From: Terriglobia bacterium
GTDB taxonomy: Bacteria > Acidobacteriota > Terriglobia > 20CM-2-55-15
Length of the DNA: 64,000 nt
Assembly (NCBI GenBank): GCA_965198225.1
Contig: CBDAOY010000008.1
Location: 448,001-512,000 of the forward strand
Direction of reading: 5' to 3'
Shown here: positions 46,541 through 56,904 of the stretch, one piece after another
How positions within the stretch are numbered: the stretch's first letter is position 1
How the letters are laid out: each line of letters begins with the position of its first letter
Notes under the pieces: model-generated
What the model saw: only the letters and a program-made list of their open reading frames with translations
Told to the model about the DNA's origin: nothing
Databases searched by the model: none
Made by a program: the position numbers and the translations under genes

Positions 46541-48343
46541 ATGTTGCGTAAGAGACTAGTCGGTGGCTTCGGCGTCGGGGTTGTGGGCGCGCTGTGCATG
46601 ACGGCGCTGATCCTGGCGGTTCCCGTCGACACCCCGGTGGCGGATGCGACGCGCGACGGGGACATCGAAACCGTGCGTTCCCTCCTCAAGCAGGGAGTCG
46701 ATGTGAATGCAGCCCAGGGAGACGGCATGACGGCGCTGCACTGGGCGGCGTTCACGGATCACGTGGAAATTGCGGAAATGCTGATCTACGCGGGTGGAAA
46801 CGTCGAGGCCGGAACCCGTCTCAATTCGATCAAGCCTCTCTTCATGGCGGCCCAGAACGGGAGCCGATCCATGGTCGAGACGTTGCTCGCCGGCGGGGCA
46901 GACCCGAACTCCACGATGTCGACGGGCACGACCCCGCTGATGATGGCGGCAGCCTCCGGCAGCGCGGCGGCCGTGACGGCGCTGCTGGACGCCGGGGCAG
47001 AGCCGAATGCGCAAGAGTCGGCGCAAGGCCAGACGGCGTTGATGTTTGCCGCTTCGTTCAACCGTGACGAGGCGATCAAGGTGCTGGTCGAAGGCGGAGC
47101 CGACGCCGCGATTGCCACGAAAATCGTGAACGTTGCCGAGAGGTCTCCTCGTCGAGGCCGGGGCGGCAACACTCGCGGTGCTGCTCGTGGAGGCCGAGGT
47201 GCACCGCAGGCGGCCGCGCAGGGACAGCGGCGAGGTGGCCGAAACCCACAGGCAGCGCAGGCGCGCGGCCGTGGAGCACCACCGGGTGCCCAGGCCGGCG
47301 CCGCTCGTGGCAGCCGAGGCCGTGGGGAGCGACCGGCCGCCGAGGCCGATCCGCTTTTCTCCGCATCCGGTATCCCGATCAGCAACGGCAACGTGGGCAG
47401 CGTCCGCCGCCGCCAGGAACAGAACCAGCGGGGGCGCTTCGGTGGTAACGGGGAACGCGTCCGTCGTGTCGAAATGCTCGGCGGTCTGACACCCCTGATG
47501 TTCGCCGCCCGCCAGGGGCACACCGAATCCGTCGAGGCCCTTCTCGAAGCCGGTGTGGACATCAACCTGGTCAGCCCGGCCGACAAGTCCAGTCCCGTTC
47601 TGGTTGCGACGATCAACGGCCACTTCGACCTCGCGACGCTCCTGCTCGATCGAGGGGCGGACCCGAAACTCGCCAGCGATGCCGGCGCGACACCGCTCTA
47701 CGCGGCTGTCAACGTGCGGTGGGCGCCCGAGGCAGGGTACCCACAGCCGGACACCACGCAGCAGCAAACAACCTACCTGGAGTTGATGGAAGCGCTCCTG
47801 GAGAAAGGGGCCGACGTCAACGCCAAGCTGACGAAGGAACTCTGGTACACGTCCTACACGTTCGACCTATCGCGTGTGGATGCCGCCGGCGCCACGGCCT
47901 TCTGGCGGGCCGCGCAGGTCGCTGATGTCGGCGCGTTGCGCATGCTCGTCGCCCACGGGGCCGATCCGGAGATCGCCAACGACGCCAAGGTCATGCCGTT
48001 GCACGTCGCCACTGGCGGCGGTGTTCACGGCAACGACGAAGTGCTCGCGCCGGGTGGCTGGATGCCGGCCGTCCGTTACCTCGTCGACGAGCTGAGCGCC
48101 GACGTGAACGCGGCCGACGACAGCGGTTACACGCCGCTCCACAACGCCGCCGGCATCGGGCACAACGAAATGGTCCAGTTCCTGTTCGACAAGGGTGCCA
48201 ACGTGAAGGCGGTCAGTGAGCGGGGCGAGACTGTGGCGGACATGGCGAACGGGCCGCGCCAGCGTATACAGCCGTTCCCGGAGACGATCGCGCTCCTGCT
48301 GAGCATGGGCTCGCCGTTCAGCGAGAAGTGCGTGTCCTGTTGA
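46541..48343 (+). CDS. Exported ankyrin-repeat protein ending in CVSC, copy 1
   Basis: Signal peptide; many G.TPL/TAL..AA repeats; R/G-rich insert; SD GGAG before ATG 46541. Confidence 0.88.
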   Translation: MLRKRLVGGFGVGVVGALCMTALILAVPVDTPVADATRDGDIETVRSLLKQGVDVNAAQGDGMTALHWAAFTDHVEIAEMLIYAGGNVEAGTRLNSIKPLFMAAQNGSRSMVETLLAGGADPNSTMSTGTTPLMMAAASGSAAAVTALLDAGAEPNAQESAQGQTALMFAASFNRDEAIKVLVEGGADAAIATKIVNVAERSPRRGRGGNTRGAARGGRGAPQAAAQGQRRGGRNPQAAQARGRGAPPGAQAGAARGSRGRGERPAAEADPLFSASGIPISNGNVGSVRRRQEQNQRGRFGGNGERVRRVEMLGGLTPLMFAARQGHTESVEALLEAGVDINLVSPADKSSPVLVATINGHFDLATLLLDRGADPKLASDAGATPLYAAVNVRWAPEAGYPQPDTTQQQTTYLELMEALLEKGADVNAKLTKELWYTSYTFDLSRVDAAGATAFWRAAQVADVGALRMLVAHGADPEIANDAKVMPLHVATGGGVHGNDEVLAPGGWMPAVRYLVDELSADVNAADDSGYTPLHNAAGIGHNEMVQFLFDKGANVKAVSERGETVADMANGPRQRIQPFPETIALLLSMGSPFSEKCVSC

Positions 48344-48398
48344 GGACGATCTCGACGCCCGACGACTCGTTTCCGGGCAGCATTCATACCCTGTAATG

Positions 48399-48429
48399 TC
48401 GACACCGGCTGAGGAACAGCCGGTGTCGA
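48399..48429. other. Perfect 13-bp stem-loop without U-tract between cassette copies 1 and 2
   Basis: TCGACACCGGCTG-aggaa-CAGCCGGTGTCGA. Confidence 0.7.
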
Positions 48430-48457
48430 AGTTCGACGTGATGGAGGCCGAAGTTAG

Positions 48458-50878
48458 ATGAAGAAACACGTCATCGCACTTCCGGGCGCTTTGGTTCTGT
48501 GCCTGATCGTCGCGGCTGACATGAACCTGGCGCAGCAACAAGGAGTGACGGATGCGATGTCGGCCCCGGCATCGCCGGAAACGCAGCTTGCGTTCATCGA
48601 CAGACACTGCACTTATTGCCACAACGATGTCGACAACTTCGGCGACATGAGTCTGACGGACCTGGATCTGGAGCACCTCGATCAGAGTGCCGAACTTGCC
48701 GAGAAGGTTATTCGCAAGTTGCGAGCTGGAATGATGCCCCCACCCAGCGAGCCGCGGCCGGATGCGGCGGCCCTGGAATCTTTCATAGTTTCGCTGGAGA
48801 CCGGGCTGGACCGTATCGCGGCCGGCCGCCCGAACCCCGGCGCACGAACCCTGCAGCGGCTCAACCGGGCCGAGTACGCGCGATCCGTCCGCGAGTTGCT
48901 CGAGCTGGAGATCGATGTCGCCGCGCTGCTGCCGCCCGACAGCATGGGTGGCGGTGGGTTTGACAACATGTCGGACGCGTTGACGTTGTCTCCGACGCTG
49001 ATGGAAGGCTACGTCCGGGCCTCGAGCAAGATCAGCCGGGCAGCCGTCGGTGATCGGAATGCCGCGCCGTCGGTGGAGACTTACGGCGTTGCAAGAACGT
49101 CGTCGCAGATGCGCCACGTCGAAGGCGCTCCGTTCGGTACGCGGGGTGGAGTCTCCGTTATTCACAATTTCCCGGCCGACGGCGAGTACGTCTTCAAAAT
49201 GGAGTTCTACCCCACTCCGACGGGCAGCCTCTTCGGCTCGAAGTCGGAAGACGAGAAGATCGAGGTCTCCATAGACGGCGACCGGGTGGCGCTGCTCGAC
49301 ATCGATCCCCGGGTGAGCGAGTCCAGAGACGGCGGCGTCTTCGTCCAGTCCGAACCCATCCCGCTCAAGGCGGGACCGCGCAGGGTGTCGGCCGCGTTCA
49401 TCCAGCATTTCCTGGGGCCGATCGACGACCTGCTGCGTCCGATCGAGCACACGATCGCGGACAGCCAGATCTCTGCCGGCGACGGAATAACGACGGTCCC
49501 GCATCTGCAGGCCCTCGGTATCAGTGGCCCGCACAACCCGACAGGTGTGTCGGTGACCCCGAGCCGCACCAAGGTATTCGCCTGCCGCCCCACGCTACCG
49601 AGCGAGGAGGAGCCATGCGCCACCGAGATCGTCACGGCGCTGGCAAGCCAGGCCTACCGGCGACCGGCAAGCCCCGAAGATCTCGAAGGCTTGATGACTT
49701 TTTACTTCACCGGGCGCGAGAAGGGAGACTTTGAATCCGGAATCCGGTCGGCGTTGCAGGCTGTGCTGACTAGCCCGAATTTCGTGTTCCGGTTCGAGCA
49801 GGAACCAGCCGACACCGCTCCGGGTCAGAGTTATCGGATCAGCGACATCGAACTGGCTTCGAGGCTGTCCTATTTCTTCTGGAGCACCGTGCCGGACGAC
49901 GATCTGCTTGCCCTCGCCGATGAGGGACGACTTCACGATCCGGTCGTTCTCGAGGGGCAGGTCCGGCGAATGCTGGCCGATCCCCGCGCGGAGTCCCTGT
50001 CCACGCGATTCGCGTCGCAGTGGCTGCGTCTCCAGGACCTGGAAGGACGGGTACCGGATCCGTTGCTCTTCCCGCAGTTCGACACGACCCTGGGTGAGTC
50101 GATGCGCCGCGAGACCGAGTTGCTCTTCGATGCTATCGTGCGGGAGGACCGTAGCGTACTGGATCTGCTGACGGCCGACTATACGTTCGTGGACGAGCGC
50201 CTGGCCAACCACTACGAGATTCCGAACATCACCGGCAATCGTTTCCGGCGCGTTGGTGTGCCCCAGGACGAGAGAAGGGGCATCCTGGGCCACGGCAGCA
50301 TCCTGACGCTGACGTCGATCGCAGACAGAACCTCTCCGGTGGCGCGCGGGAAGTACGTAATGGAAGTCGTGCTCGGTTCTCCACCGCCCGCGCCTCCGCC
50401 GAACGTGCCGGAGCTCGAGGAAACCGAAGCCAACGAAGGCGACAAGCTCCTCACGCTACGGGAACGGATGGAAAAGCACCGCGCGAACGCGTTCTGTTCG
50501 GGCTGCCACCGGATGATCGACCCGATAGGCCTCGCGCTGGAGAACTTCGACGCGACCGGGAAGTGGCGCGAGTTGGATGCCGGCGCCGCGATCGATCCCT
50601 CGGGTGAGATGTCTGACGGGACCAGGCTGGCGGGTCCCTCCAGTCTTCGTCAGGCGATTCTGGGTAAGTCCGATGCGTTCCTGAGGAACTTCACCGAGAG
50701 CCTGATGACCTATGGCCTGGGCCGGAGGGTTGCCTACTTCGACATGCCGACGGTCCGAGCGATCGCCCGGAACGCGGCCAGAAACGACAACCGCTTCTCA
50801 TCTTTCGCCATCGGTATCGTCAACAGTCCCGCGTTTCTGATGAGAACGGTGCAGGAGAGTACGGATGCCCAGCCTTAG
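48458..50878 (+). CDS. Exported diheme cytochrome c DUF1592-family protein, copy 2
   Basis: CTYCH, LRAGMMPP, CSGCH; collinear with copy 1. Confidence 0.88.
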   Translation: MKKHVIALPGALVLCLIVAADMNLAQQQGVTDAMSAPASPETQLAFIDRHCTYCHNDVDNFGDMSLTDLDLEHLDQSAELAEKVIRKLRAGMMPPPSEPRPDAAALESFIVSLETGLDRIAAGRPNPGARTLQRLNRAEYARSVRELLELEIDVAALLPPDSMGGGGFDNMSDALTLSPTLMEGYVRASSKISRAAVGDRNAAPSVETYGVARTSSQMRHVEGAPFGTRGGVSVIHNFPADGEYVFKMEFYPTPTGSLFGSKSEDEKIEVSIDGDRVALLDIDPRVSESRDGGVFVQSEPIPLKAGPRRVSAAFIQHFLGPIDDLLRPIEHTIADSQISAGDGITTVPHLQALGISGPHNPTGVSVTPSRTKVFACRPTLPSEEEPCATEIVTALASQAYRRPASPEDLEGLMTFYFTGREKGDFESGIRSALQAVLTSPNFVFRFEQEPADTAPGQSYRISDIELASRLSYFFWSTVPDDDLLALADEGRLHDPVVLEGQVRRMLADPRAESLSTRFASQWLRLQDLEGRVPDPLLFPQFDTTLGESMRRETELLFDAIVREDRSVLDLLTADYTFVDERLANHYEIPNITGNRFRRVGVPQDERRGILGHGSILTLTSIADRTSPVARGKYVMEVVLGSPPPAPPPNVPELEETEANEGDKLLTLRERMEKHRANAFCSGCHRMIDPIGLALENFDATGKWRELDAGAAIDPSGEMSDGTRLAGPSSLRQAILGKSDAFLRNFTESLMTYGLGRRVAYFDMPTVRAIARNAARNDNRFSSFAIGIVNSPAFLMRTVQESTDAQP

Positions 50879-50963
50879 CGGGCTCGGCTCGGTCATCGTC
50901 CGGTATTTATCGTAAGACTTAGTTTTGTTCACGTTTTTTTGGTTCTTTTGAGGAGGTAAACGG

Positions 50964-52343
50964 ATGTTCATTGCGAAGAAGCATATATCCCGCCGAACGA
51001 TGCTTCGCGGAATGGGTGCGGCGGTATCGTTACCGTTTCTGGAGGCGATGTTGCCTGCCCAGACCCCGATGCGCCAGACGGAAGCTGCTGGGGCGACCGG
51101 GACACGCCTGGCGTGCCTCGAGATGGTGCACGGGGCGGCCGGCAGCAACAAGTACGGGCAGGAGAAGAACCTCTGGGCGCCGGCGGAAGTCGGCAACGAG
51201 TTCGACCTCACCCCGAGCAGCCTGCTTCCGCTCGAGCCGTTCAGGGACTACCTGACGATCGTCAGCAATACCGACTGCCGGAACGCCGAGGCGTTCGAAC
51301 TGGGCGAGGTCGGCGCGGATCACTTCCGGACCGCCGCGGTCTTCCTGACGCAGGCCAAGCCGAAGATGACCGAGGGTTCGGACGTGTATGCGGGAACCTC
51401 GATCGAGCAGGAATACGCCAACCGCTTCGGACAGGACACGCCACTGCCGTCGATTCAGTTGTCGATCGAGAACCTGGCGCAGTCTGGTGCCTGTTCGTAC
51501 GGTTACTCCTGCGTGTACACGGACTCGATCAGCTGGGCGACGCCGACCGATCCGCTGCCGATGACCCGGGATCCACGAGTTGTCTTCGAGCAGATGTTCG
51601 GAGACGGCGGGACCACCGAAGAGCGCGCCGCCCGCAGGGCCGAGAACCGGAGCATCCTGGACTGGGTTACGCGCGAGGTGACCCGGCTAAAGCGGGACCT
51701 GGGTGTGAACGATCGGAACCGGCTGACCGAGTACCTGGAGGACGTCCGGGAAGTGGAGCGACGGATTCAGAAGATCGAGGAGTACAACTCCAGCGGTGAG
51801 GCCAGAGAGTTGCCCGACGCGCCGATCGGCGTGCCTGACGCCTGGGATGAGCACATCCGGTTGATGTTCGACCTGCAGGCGCTGGCATTCATGGCGGACG
51901 TGACGCGTGTGTCGGCGTTCAAAATGAGCCGGGACGTCTCACAGCGCGTGTTCCCCGACAGCGGCGTTCGGACCGCATTCCATTCGGCGTCGCATCACGG
52001 TGGCCGGGCGGAGCGGGTCGAGGCCTATGCCAAGATCAACAAGTACCATGTCGGCATGGTCCCTTACTTCCTGGAGAAGCTGAAGAACACGCCGGACGGC
52101 GACGGGAACCTGTTGGACCACTCGCTCGTGCTCTACGGCTCTGCCATGGGCGACAGCAACCTCCACAACCACAAGCGGTGCCCGCTGTTCCTGGTCGGTG
52201 GAGCAAACGGCGCGTTGAAGGGTAATCTCCACTTCAAGGCCGAAGACGGGACTCCGATGGCGAATGCTTACCTCACCATCCTGCACCGGCTCGGCGTTCG
52301 GTTGGAGAGCTTTGGCGACAGCACTGGAGAGCTTGCCATCTGA
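50964..52343 (+). CDS. Tat-exported DUF1552 (HxxSHH) protein, copy 2
   Basis: SRRTMLRG; HSASHH; collinear with copy 1. Confidence 0.88.
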   Translation: MFIAKKHISRRTMLRGMGAAVSLPFLEAMLPAQTPMRQTEAAGATGTRLACLEMVHGAAGSNKYGQEKNLWAPAEVGNEFDLTPSSLLPLEPFRDYLTIVSNTDCRNAEAFELGEVGADHFRTAAVFLTQAKPKMTEGSDVYAGTSIEQEYANRFGQDTPLPSIQLSIENLAQSGACSYGYSCVYTDSISWATPTDPLPMTRDPRVVFEQMFGDGGTTEERAARRAENRSILDWVTREVTRLKRDLGVNDRNRLTEYLEDVREVERRIQKIEEYNSSGEARELPDAPIGVPDAWDEHIRLMFDLQALAFMADVTRVSAFKMSRDVSQRVFPDSGVRTAFHSASHHGGRAERVEAYAKINKYHVGMVPYFLEKLKNTPDGDGNLLDHSLVLYGSAMGDSNLHNHKRCPLFLVGGANGALKGNLHFKAEDGTPMANAYLTILHRLGVRLESFGDSTGELAI

Positions 52344-52365
52344 CGAGAGGCGGGAGGAGACGCTT

Positions 52366-54087
52366 ATGTTACCCACGAGAACAACTATCGGACTTTGCTT
52401 GAGCGTGGTCGCGGCGCTATCCATGTCGGCGTTGATCCTGGCGGCCCCTGCGGATACTCCGGTGGCGGACGCAGCCATGCGCGGCGACCTTGAGGGACTG
52501 CGTGCGCTGCTCAAGCAGGGTGCGGACGTGAATGCTGCGCAGGGAGACGGGATGACGGCGCTACACTGGGCAGCGTTCAAGGATGACGTCGAAATGGCGG
52601 AGATCCTGACCTATGCCGGCGCGAACCTGGCGGCAGTCACGCGCGTCAACGCCATCTCGCCGCTGTTCCTCGCCGCTCAGAACGGCAGTGCGACGATGGT
52701 CGAGACGCTGCTGGAGGCCGGGGCCGACGCGAATGCCGCGATGGGGACAGGGACGACCCCGCTGATGCTGACGGCTGCATCCGGCAGTGCGGCGGCCGTG
52801 GCGGCGCTGATCGACAGCGGTGCCGACCCGAACGCGACGGAGACGAGGTACGGACAGACGCCGTTGATGTTCGCGGCCGCGCTCAACCGCGTGGATGCGA
52901 TGACGGCACTGCTCGAGGGAGGCGCGGACGCCACGGTAACGACGAACGTCGTCGACGTGGTCGCGCGCAACCGGCGCAACGGCCGGGGACGTTTCGGTCG
53001 GAGGCAGATCCCGCAAGGCCGCGGAGGGCCACAGGCTCGCCGTGGCGGCCGTGGCGGAGGAGGGGCGGGAGACCCGCTTCTGTCTGCTTCCGGAATACCC
53101 ATCAGCAGCGGCAATGCGGGTAGCGTCAACCGTCAGGAACTGGCCGCCGCTGCCGAAACAGCCGCCCAGCGGCGTCGCCGCGGTGGCGGTATGGGTGAAC
53201 GCGTTCCGCGTGTGGCGACCATGGGAGGCCTGTCGGCGCTGCTCTACGCGGCCCGCCAGGGACATTTTGAAGCGACCGACCTGTTGCTTGAAGCCGGCAT
53301 GGAGATCGACGAGCAGAGTCCGGGAGACAAGACGACACCTCTGTTCATGGCCGTCATCAACGGTCATTTCGATCTCGCCAAACACCTGCTCGACAAAGGT
53401 GCGGACCCGACGATCCCCAACGTGATGGGCGGGACGCCGGTCTACGCGGCGGCGAACGTAAAGTGGGCGCCGGATGCAGGGTATCCGCAGCCGGACACAA
53501 CTCAGCAGAAGACGACATACCTGGAGTTGATGCAGGCTTTCATCGACAAAGGTGCGGACGTCAACGCGAGGCTGGAGAGAGAACTGTGGTTTACCTCCTA
53601 CAACTTCGACCTCTCTCGCGTGACTTCTGCAGGGGCGACGGCGTTCTGGCGTGTAGCGCAGGTCAGTGACGTGGCCGCCATGAAGCTTCTCATCGCGGCC
53701 GGAGCCGATCCGACCATTGCGAACAACAACGACGTGACCCCGTTGCACGTGGCGACCGGCGGCGGTGTTCATGGCAACGATGAGGTCACCGCCCCAGGTG
53801 GCTGGATGCCGGCAGTCCGTTACCTGGTCGATGAACTGGACGCCGACGTGAATGCGGTGGACAGCCGCGGCTACAGGCCCCTCCACAATGCGGCCGCGAT
53901 CGGGCACCACGAAATGGTCCAGTTTCTGTTCGCTAACGGCGGCGACGTGACGGTGGTCAGCGAAGCCGGACAGACGGTGGCGGACATGGCAAACGGTCCG
54001 CGCCAGCGCATACAGCCGTTCCCGGAGACTATCGCACTGTTGTTGAAACTGGGCTCGCCGTTCAACGACAACTGCGTTTCGTGCTGA
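52366..54087 (+). CDS. Exported ankyrin-repeat protein ending in CVSC, copy 2
   Basis: Signal peptide; ankyrin repeats; SD GGAGGAG before ATG 52366. Confidence 0.88.
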   Translation: MLPTRTTIGLCLSVVAALSMSALILAAPADTPVADAAMRGDLEGLRALLKQGADVNAAQGDGMTALHWAAFKDDVEMAEILTYAGANLAAVTRVNAISPLFLAAQNGSATMVETLLEAGADANAAMGTGTTPLMLTAASGSAAAVAALIDSGADPNATETRYGQTPLMFAAALNRVDAMTALLEGGADATVTTNVVDVVARNRRNGRGRFGRRQIPQGRGGPQARRGGRGGGGAGDPLLSASGIPISSGNAGSVNRQELAAAAETAAQRRRRGGGMGERVPRVATMGGLSALLYAARQGHFEATDLLLEAGMEIDEQSPGDKTTPLFMAVINGHFDLAKHLLDKGADPTIPNVMGGTPVYAAANVKWAPDAGYPQPDTTQQKTTYLELMQAFIDKGADVNARLERELWFTSYNFDLSRVTSAGATAFWRVAQVSDVAAMKLLIAAGADPTIANNNDVTPLHVATGGGVHGNDEVTAPGGWMPAVRYLVDELDADVNAVDSRGYRPLHNAAAIGHHEMVQFLFANGGDVTVVSEAGQTVADMANGPRQRIQPFPETIALLLKLGSPFNDNCVSC

Positions 54088-54125
54088 GACCGAAAGAGGG
54101 CTAGTTCCTCATCGAACCGTGAACA

Positions 54126-54180
54126 AGCGGTTGAGCCATCATCCGGTGACAACGGACGGCGGTTCAGCCGCTCTTTTTTT
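54126..54180 (+). terminator. Probable intrinsic terminator after cassette copy 2
   Basis: gcggttga...tcagccgc extended stem followed by tcttttttt. Confidence 0.6.
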
Positions 54181-54256
54181 GTCTATCATGCTGTGAACGC
54201 ATTTTGTTGCAGAATCGGGTGGCGGGGCTTTTCACGACAACCTGCGATCCTCAAGT

Positions 54257-54324
54257 GTAGGTGCGCTCTATGAGCGCACAAATGCTCGCGGAACCACAAG
54301 TTGTGCGTCATAGACCTCACCTAC
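54257..54324. repeat. GTAG-type REP doublet, copy 3
   Basis: GTAGGTGCGCTCTATGAGCGCAC ... gtgcgtcatagacctcacctac. Confidence 0.85.
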
Positions 54325-54467
54325 ACGTGAAAAGCCCCGCCACACGGAGGGGTTCCTCCAGATGTCTCGGACAGCGTTGGGCACACCGCCGGCTGTTGCT
54401 CGACCCTTGCCAAGGTGATAGAAATAGAAAAAGTTTCAGGACCAGGCTGCAACGGAGACCAACGTCA

Positions 54468-56891
54468 GTGACACGACACATCATCGCAATCGTCGGTACC
54501 GTCGTTTTCGCGGCGGCCGTCGAGGACCCGGAATCGGAAGCCATGCCCGCCTCCTTCGCGGCCAGGCAGGCCCCGGCGCTGTCGGTGGAATCCCAACAAG
54601 CGTTGGTGGACCAGTATTGTCTCTGGTGTCACAACGACGTCGAGCAAGCCGGGGACATGACGTTGTCCGGCTTCGATGCAGCCCACCCTGAGCGAAGCGC
54701 GGAACTGGCGGAGAGGATGATTCGGAAGTTGCGGGCCGGCATGATGCCGCCACCGGGCCAGAGTCGGCCGGGAGCATCCGAACTCACGGCGCTGGCCACT
54801 TCGCTCGAATCGGCGATCGACCTGGCTGCCGAGACCCGTCCCAATCCCGGAACGCGCACCCTTCAGAGGCTGAATCGGCCGGAATACGCGCGTTCCATCC
54901 GCGAGTTGCTCGCGCTGGACGTAGATGTCGCCGCGCTCCTGCCGCCCGAGGGCATGGGGCAGGGTTTCGACAACATGGCGGACGCGCTCACGCTGTCACC
55001 GACGCTGATGGAAGGCTACATCCGGGCTGCGAGCAAGATCAGCCGTCTCGCTGTCGGGGACCCGAACGCCGCCCCCGTTGTGGCGACCTACAAAGTGCCC
55101 CGCACTTCCTCCCAGATGCATCGAGTCGAGGGGGCACCGCTTGGAACCAGAGGCGGAGTGTCTGTTGTCCACAACTTTCCGGCCGACGGCCAGTACGTCT
55201 TCAAGACGACGTTCTATGACACGTCTACTGGAGAGCTCTTCGGGCATAAAGCAGAGGGCGAGCAGATCGAGGTGTCGCTGAACGGGGAGCGTGCGGCCCT
55301 GCTTGATATCGATCCCCGAATACACGTTTCGAGAGAGGGCATGACGATCGAGACGGACCCGATCACGGTCAAGGCCTGTCCGCACAGGGTCTCGGCTGCC
55401 TTTATCGAGCGGATGACGGGGCCGATCGATGATCTGGTCCGGCCTATCCAACAGACTCTGGCTGACACCGAGCAGGCCAACGGCGACGGGATCACGACGT
55501 TGCCGCACTTGCAGGATCTGGGCATCAGCGGGCCGTTCAACGCGACCGGGATGTCGGATACTCCCAGCCGTCGCGAAATATTCAAGTGCCGCCCGACCCA
55601 TCCTGACGAAGAGTTGCCCTGCGCCACCGAGATCGTTTCGGATCTGGCGAGTCGGGCTTATCGAAGACCGGCGGATGAGGAGGACCTCGAGGGTCTGATG
55701 AGCTTCTACCGTGCAGGACGCGCCGACGGCGATTTCGAATCGGGATTACGATCGACATTGCAGGCCATCCTTGCGAGCCCGAACTTCGTGTTCCGGTTCG
55801 AGCACGAGCCCCCCGACCTCGATCCTGGCGAAAGTTTCCGGATCAGCGATCTGGAGTTGGCTTCCCGCCTGTCGTATTTCCTCTGGAGCACCCCACCCGA
55901 TCCGGAGCTTCTGAGTGTCGCGGCGCAAGGCGGTCTCGACCGCCGAGCGGTGCTGGAAGGCCAGGTCCGGCGAATGCTGGCGGATCCTCGAGCGGAGACA
56001 CTGGCCACGCGGTTTGCGGGGCAGTGGTTGAGGTTGCAGGATCTGGAGGGGATGCACCCGGACCCCCTGCTGTATCCGCAGTTCGATACGACCCTGGCGA
56101 GGTCGATGCGCCGCGAAACGGAGCTGCTCTTCGACAGCATCGTGCGGGAAGATCGTAATATCCTGGATTTCTTGACCGCGGACGACACCTTCCTCGACGA
56201 GCGTCTTGCCCGGCACTACGGGATCCCAAACATCTCGGGGAACCGATTCCGCCGCATCGCGGTGAGAGACCCGAATCGGCGAGGGGTGCTCGGCCACGGG
56301 AGCATACTGACGTTGACCTCGGTCGCGGACAGGACTTCTCCGGTGATGCGGGGCAAGTGGGTGATGGAAGTCATCCTGGGCACGTCTCCACCGCCACCTC
56401 CGCCGAACGTGCCGGAACTGGAGGAGACGGAGGTGGCGGACGGCGGCAGGCTTCTGACGCTGCGCGAACGCTTGGAAGAGCATCGGACGAACCCTGTTTG
56501 CGCCGCATGCCACCGGATGATCGATCCTATCGGCCTTGCGCTCGAGAACTTTGATGTGACTGGACGATGGCGCGAACTGGACAGCGGCGCGGTGATCGAT
56601 GCCGCCGGTGAGTTGTTTGACGGCACCCCTGTGGACGGCCCGGCCAGCCTTCGCCAGGCGCTCATGAAGCGATCGGACTCCGTTATCCGGAACTTCACGG
56701 AGAACCTCATGACCTATGGTCTGGGTCGTCGGGTCGAATACTACGACATGCCGGCTATCCGGGCGATTGTCGATGAGGCAGCGCGGCACGGAAACCGCTT
56801 TTCCTCGTTCGCTCTGGGTATCGTGGGGAGCGCGGCGTTTCAGCTGAGAACGGCGCAACAGAGTATGGATGGGAACGACCACCCTCACTGA
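54468..56891 (+). CDS. Diheme cytochrome c DUF1592-family protein, copy 3
   Basis: GTG 54468 gives MTRHIIA, like MTKHILA and MKKHVIA in copies 1 and 2; CLWCH, LRAGMMPP, CAACH. Confidence 0.86.
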   Translation: MTRHIIAIVGTVVFAAAVEDPESEAMPASFAARQAPALSVESQQALVDQYCLWCHNDVEQAGDMTLSGFDAAHPERSAELAERMIRKLRAGMMPPPGQSRPGASELTALATSLESAIDLAAETRPNPGTRTLQRLNRPEYARSIRELLALDVDVAALLPPEGMGQGFDNMADALTLSPTLMEGYIRAASKISRLAVGDPNAAPVVATYKVPRTSSQMHRVEGAPLGTRGGVSVVHNFPADGQYVFKTTFYDTSTGELFGHKAEGEQIEVSLNGERAALLDIDPRIHVSREGMTIETDPITVKACPHRVSAAFIERMTGPIDDLVRPIQQTLADTEQANGDGITTLPHLQDLGISGPFNATGMSDTPSRREIFKCRPTHPDEELPCATEIVSDLASRAYRRPADEEDLEGLMSFYRAGRADGDFESGLRSTLQAILASPNFVFRFEHEPPDLDPGESFRISDLELASRLSYFLWSTPPDPELLSVAAQGGLDRRAVLEGQVRRMLADPRAETLATRFAGQWLRLQDLEGMHPDPLLYPQFDTTLARSMRRETELLFDSIVREDRNILDFLTADDTFLDERLARHYGIPNISGNRFRRIAVRDPNRRGVLGHGSILTLTSVADRTSPVMRGKWVMEVILGTSPPPPPPNVPELEETEVADGGRLLTLRERLEEHRTNPVCAACHRMIDPIGLALENFDVTGRWRELDSGAVIDAAGELFDGTPVDGPASLRQALMKRSDSVIRNFTENLMTYGLGRRVEYYDMPAIRAIVDEAARHGNRFSSFALGIVGSAAFQLRTAQQSMDGNDHPH

Positions 56892-56904
56892 CAGGAGACT
56901 TCTG

